26,963 bases of DNA from assembly GCA_038254085.1 (NCBI GenBank), contig JBBSGN010000001.1, positions 1 to 26,963 on the forward strand, in the 5' to 3' direction. The stretch comes from Chloroflexia bacterium (GTDB lineage: Bacteria > Chloroflexota > Chloroflexia > QHBQ01 > JADMIH01). A program made the position numbers and the translations under genes. This document shows, piece after piece, positions 1 to 8,179 of this stretch. The notes under the pieces were generated by a model. The model was not told the origin of the DNA. It saw only the letters and a list, made by a program, of their open reading frames with translations, and did not search any database. The first letter of the stretch is position 1. Every line of letters begins with the position of its first letter.

Positions 1-2006
1 ACATCGTCCTGCCCATACTGTACGGGCTGTTGGTTCTGGGCGTGTCGAGCCTCGTCTATAACCTCGTTATCATCGTACAGCGAGCGCGAGGCAGTCAGAA
101 CAGCAACCGCACCGCCTTCACCTGGAGCCTCGGCGGCGTGGGATTGGTGGCGGTGGCAGGCAACTTACAGGGCGGTCTTCAGATGGTCAGTATCATTGCC
201 CCCGGCCTCTACCGCCCGCTCTTGGACCTTTTTCACGGGTGGGGCCTCACCACGCCCGCCATGACGCGCGTCTTCACCGGCGTTGACTACTGGCCCGTGA
301 GTCGCATCACCCCGCGCACAATAGAGGAGTTCCCTTACTGGATCTTCCTGGTTGGCGACCTGCACGCGCACCTGATAGCCCTCCCCTTCGACGTTGCCGT
401 GCTTGGCCTCGCGCTCAACCTCTTCCTGGGCGCTTGGGAGCACCGAGCACCGAGCACCAAGTACCGAGTCGAAAGTGGCTTATTCGCTACTCGGTATGAT
501 GCCGCTCTGCGCGTCGCTGTGACCGCGTTGGCCCTGGGTGCGCTCGCGCTGACCAACTCGTGGGACTTCCTCACCTATAGCGTGTTGATTGCGGTCCTGG
601 TAGCCCTGGCCGCGGCATATTCCCTTCGCGTCCAGGCGCGTACCCGCCGTTCCGCGCGCGCTCTATTTGGGGCTGGCGTTGGCCTTGCCGTCCTGTTCAT
701 GCTGGCGACTCTCGCTTACGCACCTTACTTTCTCACGTTCAAGACCTTCTACAGCGAAGTCCGCCCCATCGCAGAGAGCGTCAACGGCATGGGACGAACC
801 CACCTCGCCGAGTGGATTATCATCTGGGGCCTGTTCGCCTTCGTAACCGCAAGCTATATCTTCGCGGGCCTGCGCCGCTATCCCTGGGCCGAGGCGTGGG
901 CGGGCCTCGGGCAGATGTTCAGGGGCACACAATTGGCCTCTCACAGGCTAGGCATCGTCGCGGGCATCAGCGGAGCGGGGGGACGCTCTACCGAGACCGA
1001 GCAGCATCTCACCCCAGACCCGACGCGCACCGCCCTTTTTTCTCCCGCCGCAGGGTTACTGGTGCTTGCTGGCGCGATCCTGGTCGCGCTAGCGTGGACG
1101 ATCTCCGGAGAGTGGCTCCTGGCCCTGCTCGTCGTGCTAATTGGGATGATCGTTGCCCTCCAAGTGGGCGCTGTTCGCAATCCCGGCCTGCTCTTCGCGG
1201 GCGTGCTGCTTGCAAGCGCGCTGGCTCTAACGCTCGCAGTAGAGTTGTTCTATGTGGTGGATTTCCAACAGGGCACAGAATGGTATCGCATGAACACGGT
1301 CTTCAAGTTCTACATGCAGGCGTGGGTGCTGTTCGGCGTCGGCTCGATCATAGCCCTCTATGCCTTGCTTGGGCAACGGAGGCTCCCGCTAAGGAGTCCG
1401 GCCAGGTGGCTCTGGCTAGGCGCGTTGTTAGTGTTGCTTGCCGCGTCCGCCACGTTCGTAGTCGGCGGCACCGGCTCGCGGCTTGACGAACGTTTTCCTG
1501 TCCGGCCCGCCGCCCTAACACTCGATGGCACCGCGTTCATGGCAGATAACAGTTTTGTCTTCGGCCCCACAACCAACACCATCACAGTAACACTTGCTTA
1601 TGACCAGGCCGCGTATGATTGGCTGCTCAACAACGCGCGCGGCCTCCCGGTGATCGCCACAGCACCCACCGCCCCCGACCCGGAAGGCATGTTCGTCGCC
1701 ACCTACACCGGCTTTCCAGTCGTGGTGGGCAGTATGCACCAGGAGGAACAGCGTTACCCCGACCAGGTCGCCGAGCGCCGGGCCGCCATGGCCGACCTCT
1801 TCCGCACGCCCGACGTAGCCCGCACTCGTAGCATCCTCGACAAGTACGGCGTAACTTACATCTACCTCGGTCCATACGAGCGGTGGATCGCCCACGACGC
1901 GCCTGCGGGCCTCTCCAAATTCGCTGCGATGACCGGCCAGACGATAGAAGTTGCCTACCGCAACCCCGCCGTGACCATTTACCGGGTGATCAAGGCTGGT
2001 CGTTAG
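1..2006 (+). CDS. DUF2298 / Chlor_Arch_YYY-type polytopic membrane protein, putative GT-C glycosyltransferase (5'-partial)
   Basis: Frame is open from the window edge (codons from nt 3), stop TAG 2004-2006. Motifs EFPYWIFLVGDLHAH, NSWDFLTY, RMNTVFKFYMQAW and TLDGTAFM match DUF2298 as recalled. Many TM segments, then a soluble C-terminal domain ending YxNxxVTIYRV. Confidence 0.85.
   Translation, partial: IVLPILYGLLVLGVSSLVYNLVIIVQRARGSQNSNRTAFTWSLGGVGLVAVAGNLQGGLQMVSIIAPGLYRPLLDLFHGWGLTTPAMTRVFTGVDYWPVSRITPRTIEEFPYWIFLVGDLHAHLIALPFDVAVLGLALNLFLGAWEHRAPSTKYRVESGLFATRYDAALRVAVTALALGALALTNSWDFLTYSVLIAVLVALAAAYSLRVQARTRRSARALFGAGVGLAVLFMLATLAYAPYFLTFKTFYSEVRPIAESVNGMGRTHLAEWIIIWGLFAFVTASYIFAGLRRYPWAEAWAGLGQMFRGTQLASHRLGIVAGISGAGGRSTETEQHLTPDPTRTALFSPAAGLLVLAGAILVALAWTISGEWLLALLVVLIGMIVALQVGAVRNPGLLFAGVLLASALALTLAVELFYVVDFQQGTEWYRMNTVFKFYMQAWVLFGVGSIIALYALLGQRRLPLRSPARWLWLGALLVLLAASATFVVGGTGSRLDERFPVRPAALTLDGTAFMADNSFVFGPTTNTITVTLAYDQAAYDWLLNNARGLPVIATAPTAPDPEGMFVATYTGFPVVVGSMHQEEQRYPDQVAERRAAMADLFRTPDVARTRSILDKYGVTYIYLGPYERWIAHDAPAGLSKFAAMTGQTIEVAYRNPAVTIYRVIKAGR
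438..496. repeat. Heptamer tandem (GAGCACC x3 + AAGTACC) plus inverted arm inside the DUF2298 CDS
   Basis: GAGCACC at 438, 445 and 452, AAGTACC at 459. TACCGAGT (462-469) is complementary to ACTCGGTA (489-496). Confidence 0.8.
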
Positions 2007-2020
2007 TGGGCTTATGGGAT

Positions 2021-4270
2021 ATGTCGTTCGGCTCGCCGGTAGATACGTCGCCTGTTGCCAGTCCTTATAAGACCGGCCCTGTCTCTTTGTCCGCGCCCGA
2101 TCTCCCGACCGCGAAAGCTCCACAACGATACGCTGCTGCGGCCACGAGTCCGCGTAGAGATGCGTGGCCTCGGCACCTGGCGGCGCTGGGGTTCTTCCTG
2201 TTGCTGGGCGTGCTTGCCACCTGGCCCCTCGCCCTACATGCCCTTACCTCGGTGCCAGGTTTCGACAGCCCCTCCACCCGCGCGGGTATGGCCGACCAGG
2301 ACCAGGCGCTTTGGGCGCATTGGTGGCTGCGGGAGACGCTTTTCAATCAGCACACTGACCTGCTACGCACCGATCTGCTCTACTGGCCCTACTACCGCCA
2401 GGGACTCAGCCTGATCCTCTACGATATGCAGTTGCTCCGCACTGCCATTGCGCTGCCGGTGCAGATAATCTTAGGGCTAGCTGCCGCCTACAACTTCGGC
2501 ATCTTTTTGAGCTTCACGTTAGGTGGTTATGGCATGTTCCTGCTAGGGCGAGACCGAGGTCTGAGCTGCCCGGCGTCCCTGTTTGCGGGTGTGGTCTTCG
2601 TGGCTGGGCCGTATCACCTCATGCAGCTCCTCCTGGAGACCTCGCTGGTCGCGGTCGAGGCCCTGCCGTTTGCCGTCCTGTGGACCCGGCGCGCGCTCGC
2701 CGGTGAGCGACGCAGCGCGATTGTGCTGGCCGCTCTGTGCATTGTGTGGGCTAACCTTTCAAGCTGGTACTTTGGTCTGTACGTGCTGCTGGCGCTCTTC
2801 GTCCTCGCGGTCGGACTGGCGTGGCGGCGCAGGGCTGGGGGATGGCGTCAAATCCGCTCTATATTTGCGCGCGCTTTATTTATCGGGGGTCTGTACGGCA
2901 TCCTCTATCTGCCGGTCCTGGTGCCGGTGCTGGCCGAAGTGCTGAACGCGCCGCCCGCATCAAGGCTCTTCCCGTTCAGCGCATCTATACGAGGGGCCAG
3001 CACGCCCTGGTTCAGACTCTTCCTGAACGACCGCAACCCCATTACGCAACCGCCGATCTGGCTCGGCAGCGCTTTCCTCGGCTACACCACAATCGCTCTA
3101 GCCGTGTGGGGCACGATAAGACGTTGGCGACGTGCCCTGCCCTGGCTCATCCTCTTCTTCGTATACCTGAACCTGGCAATGGGGCCGGACCTGCACGGCT
3201 TCGGCAATGTCATCACTATAAACGGCCAACCCGTACCTCTGCCTTATGGCTTGCTCCTCGGCTTGCCCGGAATGAACCTGATCCGCGCTCCAGGTCACGC
3301 CAACGTGATGATCCTCCTCTGCGTGGGGATGCTCGCGGGCCTCGGCCTCGACGCGCTTGCCAGGCTTATGCGCTTCCCGAATTCGCAAGCCACCCGCACG
3401 GTCCCGGCGCTTCTCGCGTCTACCGCGATCCTGCTATCGCTTGCCGAATATTTGGTGCTACCCTTGCCCCTATATGAACTGCACTGGCCTGCGGCCTTCC
3501 AACAAATCGGCCAGGACAACGCGACCTATGGCATCCTGGAGCTACCTATCACCCTCCATGCGAGCAACGACCATCACCGGATGTTCAACCAGATCGCGCA
3601 CCACAAGGGCATCGCGGGCGGATACCTGCCCCGCCCCATACCCGACCCCTACCGCCTGCCCGACAGCCCCTTCGCCCGCTTCACCCAGCCTTACACCACG
3701 ACGGACGTGCTGGCCCAGGACGAGTCCCAGGCGACGGATGCCCTTCTCCAGCTTTACGATTTCCGCTACCTGGCGATCTACCACGACCGCAAGGATTACC
3801 GGGTGGACGACTCCCCCTGGTCCTGGCCCTACCCCACGCAGCCGCTTGAAGACCCCGAAATCACTGTCTACCCAGCCAGGCAAGCGGCGCTAGACCATAC
3901 CTACCTCTACCTCGGCAATAGCTGGAGCATTCCTGAGCGCGACGGCAACGGGGCACGCCGTTGGCTCAATGGCGACTCCGGCTACATGCTCGCGTGGAGT
4001 CCCGGTGAGCAAGGCCAACTCGCCCTCGACCTGGAGTTAGCCCCCAGCGCGCCCGCCGTCAGCCTGCAACTCTCCCTGGACGACCGCTCCATCCTCAGCT
4101 TCGGCATAGAAACTCTATCCCCCACCCACCACATGTCAACCCCGCCCATCGAACTGACACGCGGCTGGCACCGCTTCAAGCTCTACACTCTGACTCCTGC
4201 CACTCCAAGTGCGCTTGGCACATCCCATGCAATAGCCATCCGACTTGCGCGATGGGACAAAAGTCAGTAA
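2021..4270 (+). CDS. Polytopic membrane protein, putative GT-C (YfhO-like) glycosyltransferase, about 749 aa
   Basis: ATG 2021 chosen over GTG 1883, which would overlap the upstream gene. N-terminal DQDQALWAHWW loop, about 12 TM segments, FLGY motif, C-terminal ILELP...HHKGIAGGY soluble domain and a terminal beta-sandwich-like region. Confidence 0.75.
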   Translation: MSFGSPVDTSPVASPYKTGPVSLSAPDLPTAKAPQRYAAAATSPRRDAWPRHLAALGFFLLLGVLATWPLALHALTSVPGFDSPSTRAGMADQDQALWAHWWLRETLFNQHTDLLRTDLLYWPYYRQGLSLILYDMQLLRTAIALPVQIILGLAAAYNFGIFLSFTLGGYGMFLLGRDRGLSCPASLFAGVVFVAGPYHLMQLLLETSLVAVEALPFAVLWTRRALAGERRSAIVLAALCIVWANLSSWYFGLYVLLALFVLAVGLAWRRRAGGWRQIRSIFARALFIGGLYGILYLPVLVPVLAEVLNAPPASRLFPFSASIRGASTPWFRLFLNDRNPITQPPIWLGSAFLGYTTIALAVWGTIRRWRRALPWLILFFVYLNLAMGPDLHGFGNVITINGQPVPLPYGLLLGLPGMNLIRAPGHANVMILLCVGMLAGLGLDALARLMRFPNSQATRTVPALLASTAILLSLAEYLVLPLPLYELHWPAAFQQIGQDNATYGILELPITLHASNDHHRMFNQIAHHKGIAGGYLPRPIPDPYRLPDSPFARFTQPYTTTDVLAQDESQATDALLQLYDFRYLAIYHDRKDYRVDDSPWSWPYPTQPLEDPEITVYPARQAALDHTYLYLGNSWSIPERDGNGARRWLNGDSGYMLAWSPGEQGQLALDLELAPSAPAVSLQLSLDDRSILSFGIETLSPTHHMSTPPIELTRGWHRFKLYTLTPATPSALGTSHAIAIRLARWDKSQ

Positions 4271-4293
4271 CGGGCGGCGCCCACCGCCCCCTA

Positions 4294-4302
4294 TGCTATA
4301 CT
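4294..4302 (+). promoter_or_regulatory. Extended -10 promoter (TGcTATACT), probably leaderless
   Basis: TG at 4294-4295, TATACT at 4297-4302, ATG 6 nt downstream at 4309, no Shine-Dalgarno. Confidence 0.6.
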
Positions 4303-4308
4303 ACCGCT

Positions 4309-5898
4309 ATGGCAGCGTCGCGCACGGAGGCAGTTGCACGCCCGTTCCCGTCGCACTCAGACGGTCTAATAGCGGGCGCGCTCCTACTACTCGGTCTGGT
4401 GGCTGCCGGAGTGCGCTTCAACGACCAATTGGGCGGACTGACGGGGGACAACGCCAGCTACATTCTGCTTGCGCGGGACCTCGTGACGGGCGCACCTTAT
4501 GGCAACGCGGGCTTCCCCTGGGGCTTCCCGGCGCTCCTCACACCTATACTCGCTGTTACCCGACCTGATAACATTCTTGCGGCTATACCCTGGCTGAAGG
4601 CTCTGAGCATACTTCTGTTTGTCCTTTCGCTGCCCCTGATGTACGCCCTCTTCAGAACGCGACAGGGCGCACTCGCATCCTTCACCGCTGCCGCCCTGTT
4701 CGCTGTAAACAACACCGGCCTGCTATATGCGACCGACGTGATGACCGAGATGCCGTACACCTTCGCCAGTTTCGGCGCGCTTCTCTACTGGCAACTGGCC
4801 GTCGTCCCCAGACCGCAAGACTGTGCAAGACCGTTTCCCTGGCGGCAACTGCTGATAGCATCAGTTCTCCTGACCATACCCTACTACCTACGCACGGTCG
4901 GTCTGGCCCTACAAATCGCCGCCGTCCTCACGCTGCTATGGCGCCGGAGGTTTCGCCTAGCCGTGGCACTTGGCGCGGGCCTGGCGCTGCTCGCCCTGCC
5001 CTGGTTGGTCTTCAGCAGCGGCGCGGGCCAACCCAACTACGTCTCGTCCCTCCTGCTGCGCGACCCGTATAACCCCTCGCTCGGCCAAATATCGAGCCTG
5101 GGCGAACTCCTTGCCCGCATCTGGAGCTTCGCTCGGCTCTACATCACCGATGTGTTCCCGCGCATGTTGCTCCCATCGCCCACTCCTGGTGGGGTACTAA
5201 CGGCACTCGCCCCGGCGCTGGTGCTTCTATTGGCGATTGGGCTAGTCCTGCGCCTTCTCAAAGGGGTAGAGCTACCGGAGGTCTACGTGCTGCTCTTCTT
5301 GCTTGTGCTGTTCGCCTGGCCCTGGACCGGCGACCGCTTTCTCCTGCCCGTCTATCCACTCTTACTTCATTACGTCCTCGAAGCGATCACCTGGTTCGCG
5401 AAACAGGTCAAGAAGCGCTGGTGTTGGATCAGCGCCCGCACTGTCGGCTGGCAAACGCTTGCTGGAGCGCTAATAATGGTCGCGGTCCTGCCCAACCTCT
5501 GGCTGGACGGCGCGGCAGCCGCTGATAACGCGCGTTACCTGGCGGGCAACGCCCCAGCCAGCGGCTACACGCCCGACTGGCAGCGATACTTCGATGCCTG
5601 CCGGTGGCTTCGCGAGAGGACCCCGCCGGGCAGCGTGGTCCTCTCGCGCAAGAGCACTATCACCGAAATATTCGCCAACAGACCGTCAGTGCTTATCCCG
5701 CTAATCCCACCCGGCAAATATCCCGACTTTCTGCGCCGCAACCAGATAGATTACATCCTGGAAGACGCCTTCCCCTGGTCGGTCCACACGGTGCAGTACC
5801 TCCGGCCTGCTCTCGGGGCCTATCCTCAGATGTTCCAGTTGGTCCAAACCACCGCCCCGCCTATAACCCGCATCTGGAAGGTTATTCCATCGCCCTAG
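4309..5898 (+). CDS. ArnT/PMT-like (GT39/GT83-type) GT-C glycosyltransferase, about 529 aa
   Basis: First loop GDNASYILLARDL...PWGFP, then TEMPYT, WTGDRFLLPVYP and C-terminal DACRWLRERTPPGSVVLSR...IDYIL, the typical GT-C layout. Start supported by the adjacent -10. Confidence 0.75.
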   Translation: MAASRTEAVARPFPSHSDGLIAGALLLLGLVAAGVRFNDQLGGLTGDNASYILLARDLVTGAPYGNAGFPWGFPALLTPILAVTRPDNILAAIPWLKALSILLFVLSLPLMYALFRTRQGALASFTAAALFAVNNTGLLYATDVMTEMPYTFASFGALLYWQLAVVPRPQDCARPFPWRQLLIASVLLTIPYYLRTVGLALQIAAVLTLLWRRRFRLAVALGAGLALLALPWLVFSSGAGQPNYVSSLLLRDPYNPSLGQISSLGELLARIWSFARLYITDVFPRMLLPSPTPGGVLTALAPALVLLLAIGLVLRLLKGVELPEVYVLLFLLVLFAWPWTGDRFLLPVYPLLLHYVLEAITWFAKQVKKRWCWISARTVGWQTLAGALIMVAVLPNLWLDGAAAADNARYLAGNAPASGYTPDWQRYFDACRWLRERTPPGSVVLSRKSTITEIFANRPSVLIPLIPPGKYPDFLRRNQIDYILEDAFPWSVHTVQYLRPALGAYPQMFQLVQTTAPPITRIWKVIPSP

Positions 5899-5915
5899 AG
5901 AGCGTTCTCTTCCCG

Positions 5916-5967
5916 TAAAAACAAACCCCAAGAGCCGCCGAAGGTGACTTTTGAGGTTTGTTTTTTA
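5916..5967. terminator. Long hairpin between convergent genes, probably a bidirectional intrinsic terminator
   Basis: TAAAAACAAACC (5916-5927) pairs with GGTTTGTTTTTTA (5955-5967), with inner pairing CAAGAG/CTTTTG. A/T tracts flank both sides. Confidence 0.7.
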
Positions 5968-5991
5968 GCTTTGGTGAGCAGAGAAAACCGG

Positions 5992-7707
5992 CTACTGCGC
6001 GGGCGCTTCGTACCACTCGGTGCGCGGGAAGTTGGACGCAGCCTTTGGGGATAGTTGCACGTCGTTGCGCTTGTACACCCAATAGCCCCGGTCTTCCCAG
6101 TATTTGACCTTGTTGTAAAGCGAATATCGCCCCGTGAACCGAGGGTCAGTCATCAGAGGCTCGAATACCGCATTGAACTGCGGCACGCGGTCCGACCCGG
6201 AGGTGAACACCAGGAACTCTGGGTTAGACGCCAGCGCACTGTCGGCGAAACCCGCGGCTCCCCGTTTGTATATCACATCGCCATTGGTAAGCCCGCCCGG
6301 ATTGTCGTCAATCACCCGGAGACCCGAGTAGTAGGCCACCACGCCTATGTCCTGCAACGCCACAGTGGAAGAAGGCGGCGCGTACTGCCCCAGCCACACC
6401 CCCAGCGGCACGAGCGAGCGGTTCTTGGCATCCTCTGCTCTCTGCCCATCATAGCGCGTGCGTGGGGCCATCACCAGCAGGAAGAGCGCTATCGCCGCGC
6501 ACACCCCTGCGACCCCCAGCCAGGTTCGCCACGAGCGCCCCAGGCTTCCTACCAGCCTTAACAGCGCGATGACCGGCCCCTGCGCGTACAGGTAAAGTAA
6601 CGGCAGCACCGGCACCATGTATCTTATCCCAGGATTATACGATTCCGACACGAAATAGAGCAAACTGAGCGCCCCGGCGCAACTCACAATATACCAGTCG
6701 CGCAACCAGGGCCTGCGAAACCAGGCTAGGTCGGCAACAGCGAGGGCAAAGGTTGGCACCAGCAGGTCCCCATAAGCCGAGTAATGCGACCCGCGCGTAA
6801 AGTACGACCCCCAGGTAAGCCGGAGTTGGCTTGGATCGGTAAGAGTGCCACCCAGCCGCGAGAAGAAAGGCGTCGGCACCAGCTGGCCGAAATATTGCCC
6901 TCTCCACCACGTATAGGCCAGGAAAACGAGCGCCAACGTGCCGAAGCTCGCCACAGGCACGGCCCACTGCGATACGTTCGTCGAGCCTCTATGCCTCCAT
7001 GAGTCAACCACCGAAGCCAGCACGAACAACCCGCCGATCGCCATAGGAATCGCGCCGTCGTGGCGAGTCAATGCCAGTAAAAAGAGGGTGGCGGCAGCCA
7101 GCGGATAAGCCCACAGACGCCCGCCCAGCCCCAGCACGGTCAGCCACACCGACACCAGCAGCATGGTTGCGTACCACATCGTTTCCAGCCCGCCCTGCGC
7201 CCACAGCGCGAACGGAGCCGTCAACGCCAGCAGTGCGGTGGCCACGAGCGCCCAACCTCGATGCCGCACCACCTGAAGGGAGAGCAGATAGACCAAACCC
7301 AGGTTCAGCGCGCTCAAGATCGCGCCCAGGTTAGCCGCCCACGTCGGCACGTCGAGACCTAATCGCGCTAGCCCGGCCAGCAGCACGATCCAGGAGAGAT
7401 TGCTGTAACCCTCCACAGGCGGCGCCGCCGCGTTAAACACCAGCCCGTTGCCAGCCGCCAGGTTCTCGGCGTACCTGTAGGTAATATAGGCGTCGTCCGG
7501 CATGTAAACGCCAATGTACCGCTCCAAGGCCAGCAGTACAACCGCACACGCAGCCAGAGCGAGCAACACCACCCAGACACTCACATCGCTGTGTGCTTGA
7601 GATGCGAAAGCCCCGGCTCGTTCCTCAGCCCAGGTATTCATGCCGGTTGCTTGGGGGCCGGTGAGCGCGGGCGGTTTCACAGGTTCGATTACGGTTTTGC
7701 TGCTCAT
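5992..7707 (-). CDS. GT-C membrane glycosyltransferase (DDAYITxRY / AftB-like family), about 571 aa
   Basis: PDDAYITYRYAENLAAGNGLVFN...VEGYSN, GLET, LTRHDG, RYMVPVLP and DIGVVAYYS motifs. ATG 7707 chosen because a promoter lies within the 7731 extension. Confidence 0.78.
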   Translation of the reverse strand: MSSKTVIEPVKPPALTGPQATGMNTWAEERAGAFASQAHSDVSVWVVLLALAACAVVLLALERYIGVYMPDDAYITYRYAENLAAGNGLVFNAAAPPVEGYSNLSWIVLLAGLARLGLDVPTWAANLGAILSALNLGLVYLLSLQVVRHRGWALVATALLALTAPFALWAQGGLETMWYATMLLVSVWLTVLGLGGRLWAYPLAAATLFLLALTRHDGAIPMAIGGLFVLASVVDSWRHRGSTNVSQWAVPVASFGTLALVFLAYTWWRGQYFGQLVPTPFFSRLGGTLTDPSQLRLTWGSYFTRGSHYSAYGDLLVPTFALAVADLAWFRRPWLRDWYIVSCAGALSLLYFVSESYNPGIRYMVPVLPLLYLYAQGPVIALLRLVGSLGRSWRTWLGVAGVCAAIALFLLVMAPRTRYDGQRAEDAKNRSLVPLGVWLGQYAPPSSTVALQDIGVVAYYSGLRVIDDNPGGLTNGDVIYKRGAAGFADSALASNPEFLVFTSGSDRVPQFNAVFEPLMTDPRFTGRYSLYNKVKYWEDRGYWVYKRNDVQLSPKAASNFPRTEWYEAPAQ

Positions 7708-7718
7708 AATACCAATCA

Positions 7719-7747
7719 ATATTATCATCAACAGGTGGGCTATGCAA
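7719..7747 (-). promoter_or_regulatory. Sigma70-type promoter TTGCAT-N17-(TGa)TAATAT
   Basis: Minus-strand -35 at 7747-7742, -10 at 7724-7719 with extended TG. It ends 11 nt before ATG 7707, implying a very short leader. Confidence 0.55.
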
Positions 7748-7756
7748 ACAACAAAC

Positions 7757-7773
7757 GTAGAATCTGGTAGAAT
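7757..7773 (+). promoter_or_regulatory. Tandem -10-like hexamers (GTAGAAT x2); the second is an extended -10 (TGgTAGAAT)
   Basis: GTAGAAT at 7757-7763 and 7767-7773 in an AT-rich divergent intergenic region, upstream of RBS TAAGGAG (7828-7834). Confidence 0.5.
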
Positions 7774-7841
7774 TGTACCTGCCTAACCAAGCCCGTTTCA
7801 CTTCTTCTGCCCCAGGCCAAACCGACGTAAGGAGTATTGCC

Positions 7842-8162
7842 ATGTCCAGTCCGTCATCCGTTCCGGCCAAACCCAACGACCCGGACCAACCGCTCGCCAC
7901 CGCCCCGTTCGACCTCAGCCCAGCGGCAATCACCCCCACACGCGACGAACAGATCGGCCACGCGCTCGCAGCCGAGATACACGACTCCTCTGCGCCCCAG
8001 GACCGCCCCACCGCAACCCGCGACCTCGTCCACGAGATGATCAGGGCCGGCGCCGAGGGCGAGGTCGCGACCGATTTGTTGCAACAAGAGGAGTTACCAC
8101 CTGAACCGTTCACCGACACCGACTACGAAGACCACGAAGCAGCCTCCGAGGTCGAGCGATAG
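7842..8162 (+). CDS. Small acidic Pro-rich hypothetical protein, 106 aa
   Basis: Strong RBS TAAGGAG 7 nt before ATG 7842 and an upstream extended -10. It fills the gap before the next gene and has no TM segment. Confidence 0.7.
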   Translation: MSSPSSVPAKPNDPDQPLATAPFDLSPAAITPTRDEQIGHALAAEIHDSSAPQDRPTATRDLVHEMIRAGAEGEVATDLLQQEELPPEPFTDTDYEDHEAASEVER

Positions 8163-8179
8163 CTGTCATAAGCAACCAT

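Noticed and set aside
1883-2020. Longer start for the 795-aa ORF
   Set aside because: It would overlap the DUF2298 gene by 124 nt; ATG 2021 just after the stop is more parsimonious.
8076-8087. 12-bp palindrome TTGTTGCAACAA sharing TTGCAA with the metal operator
   Set aside because: It lies inside a CDS, has different symmetry and spacing, and is short enough to be chance.
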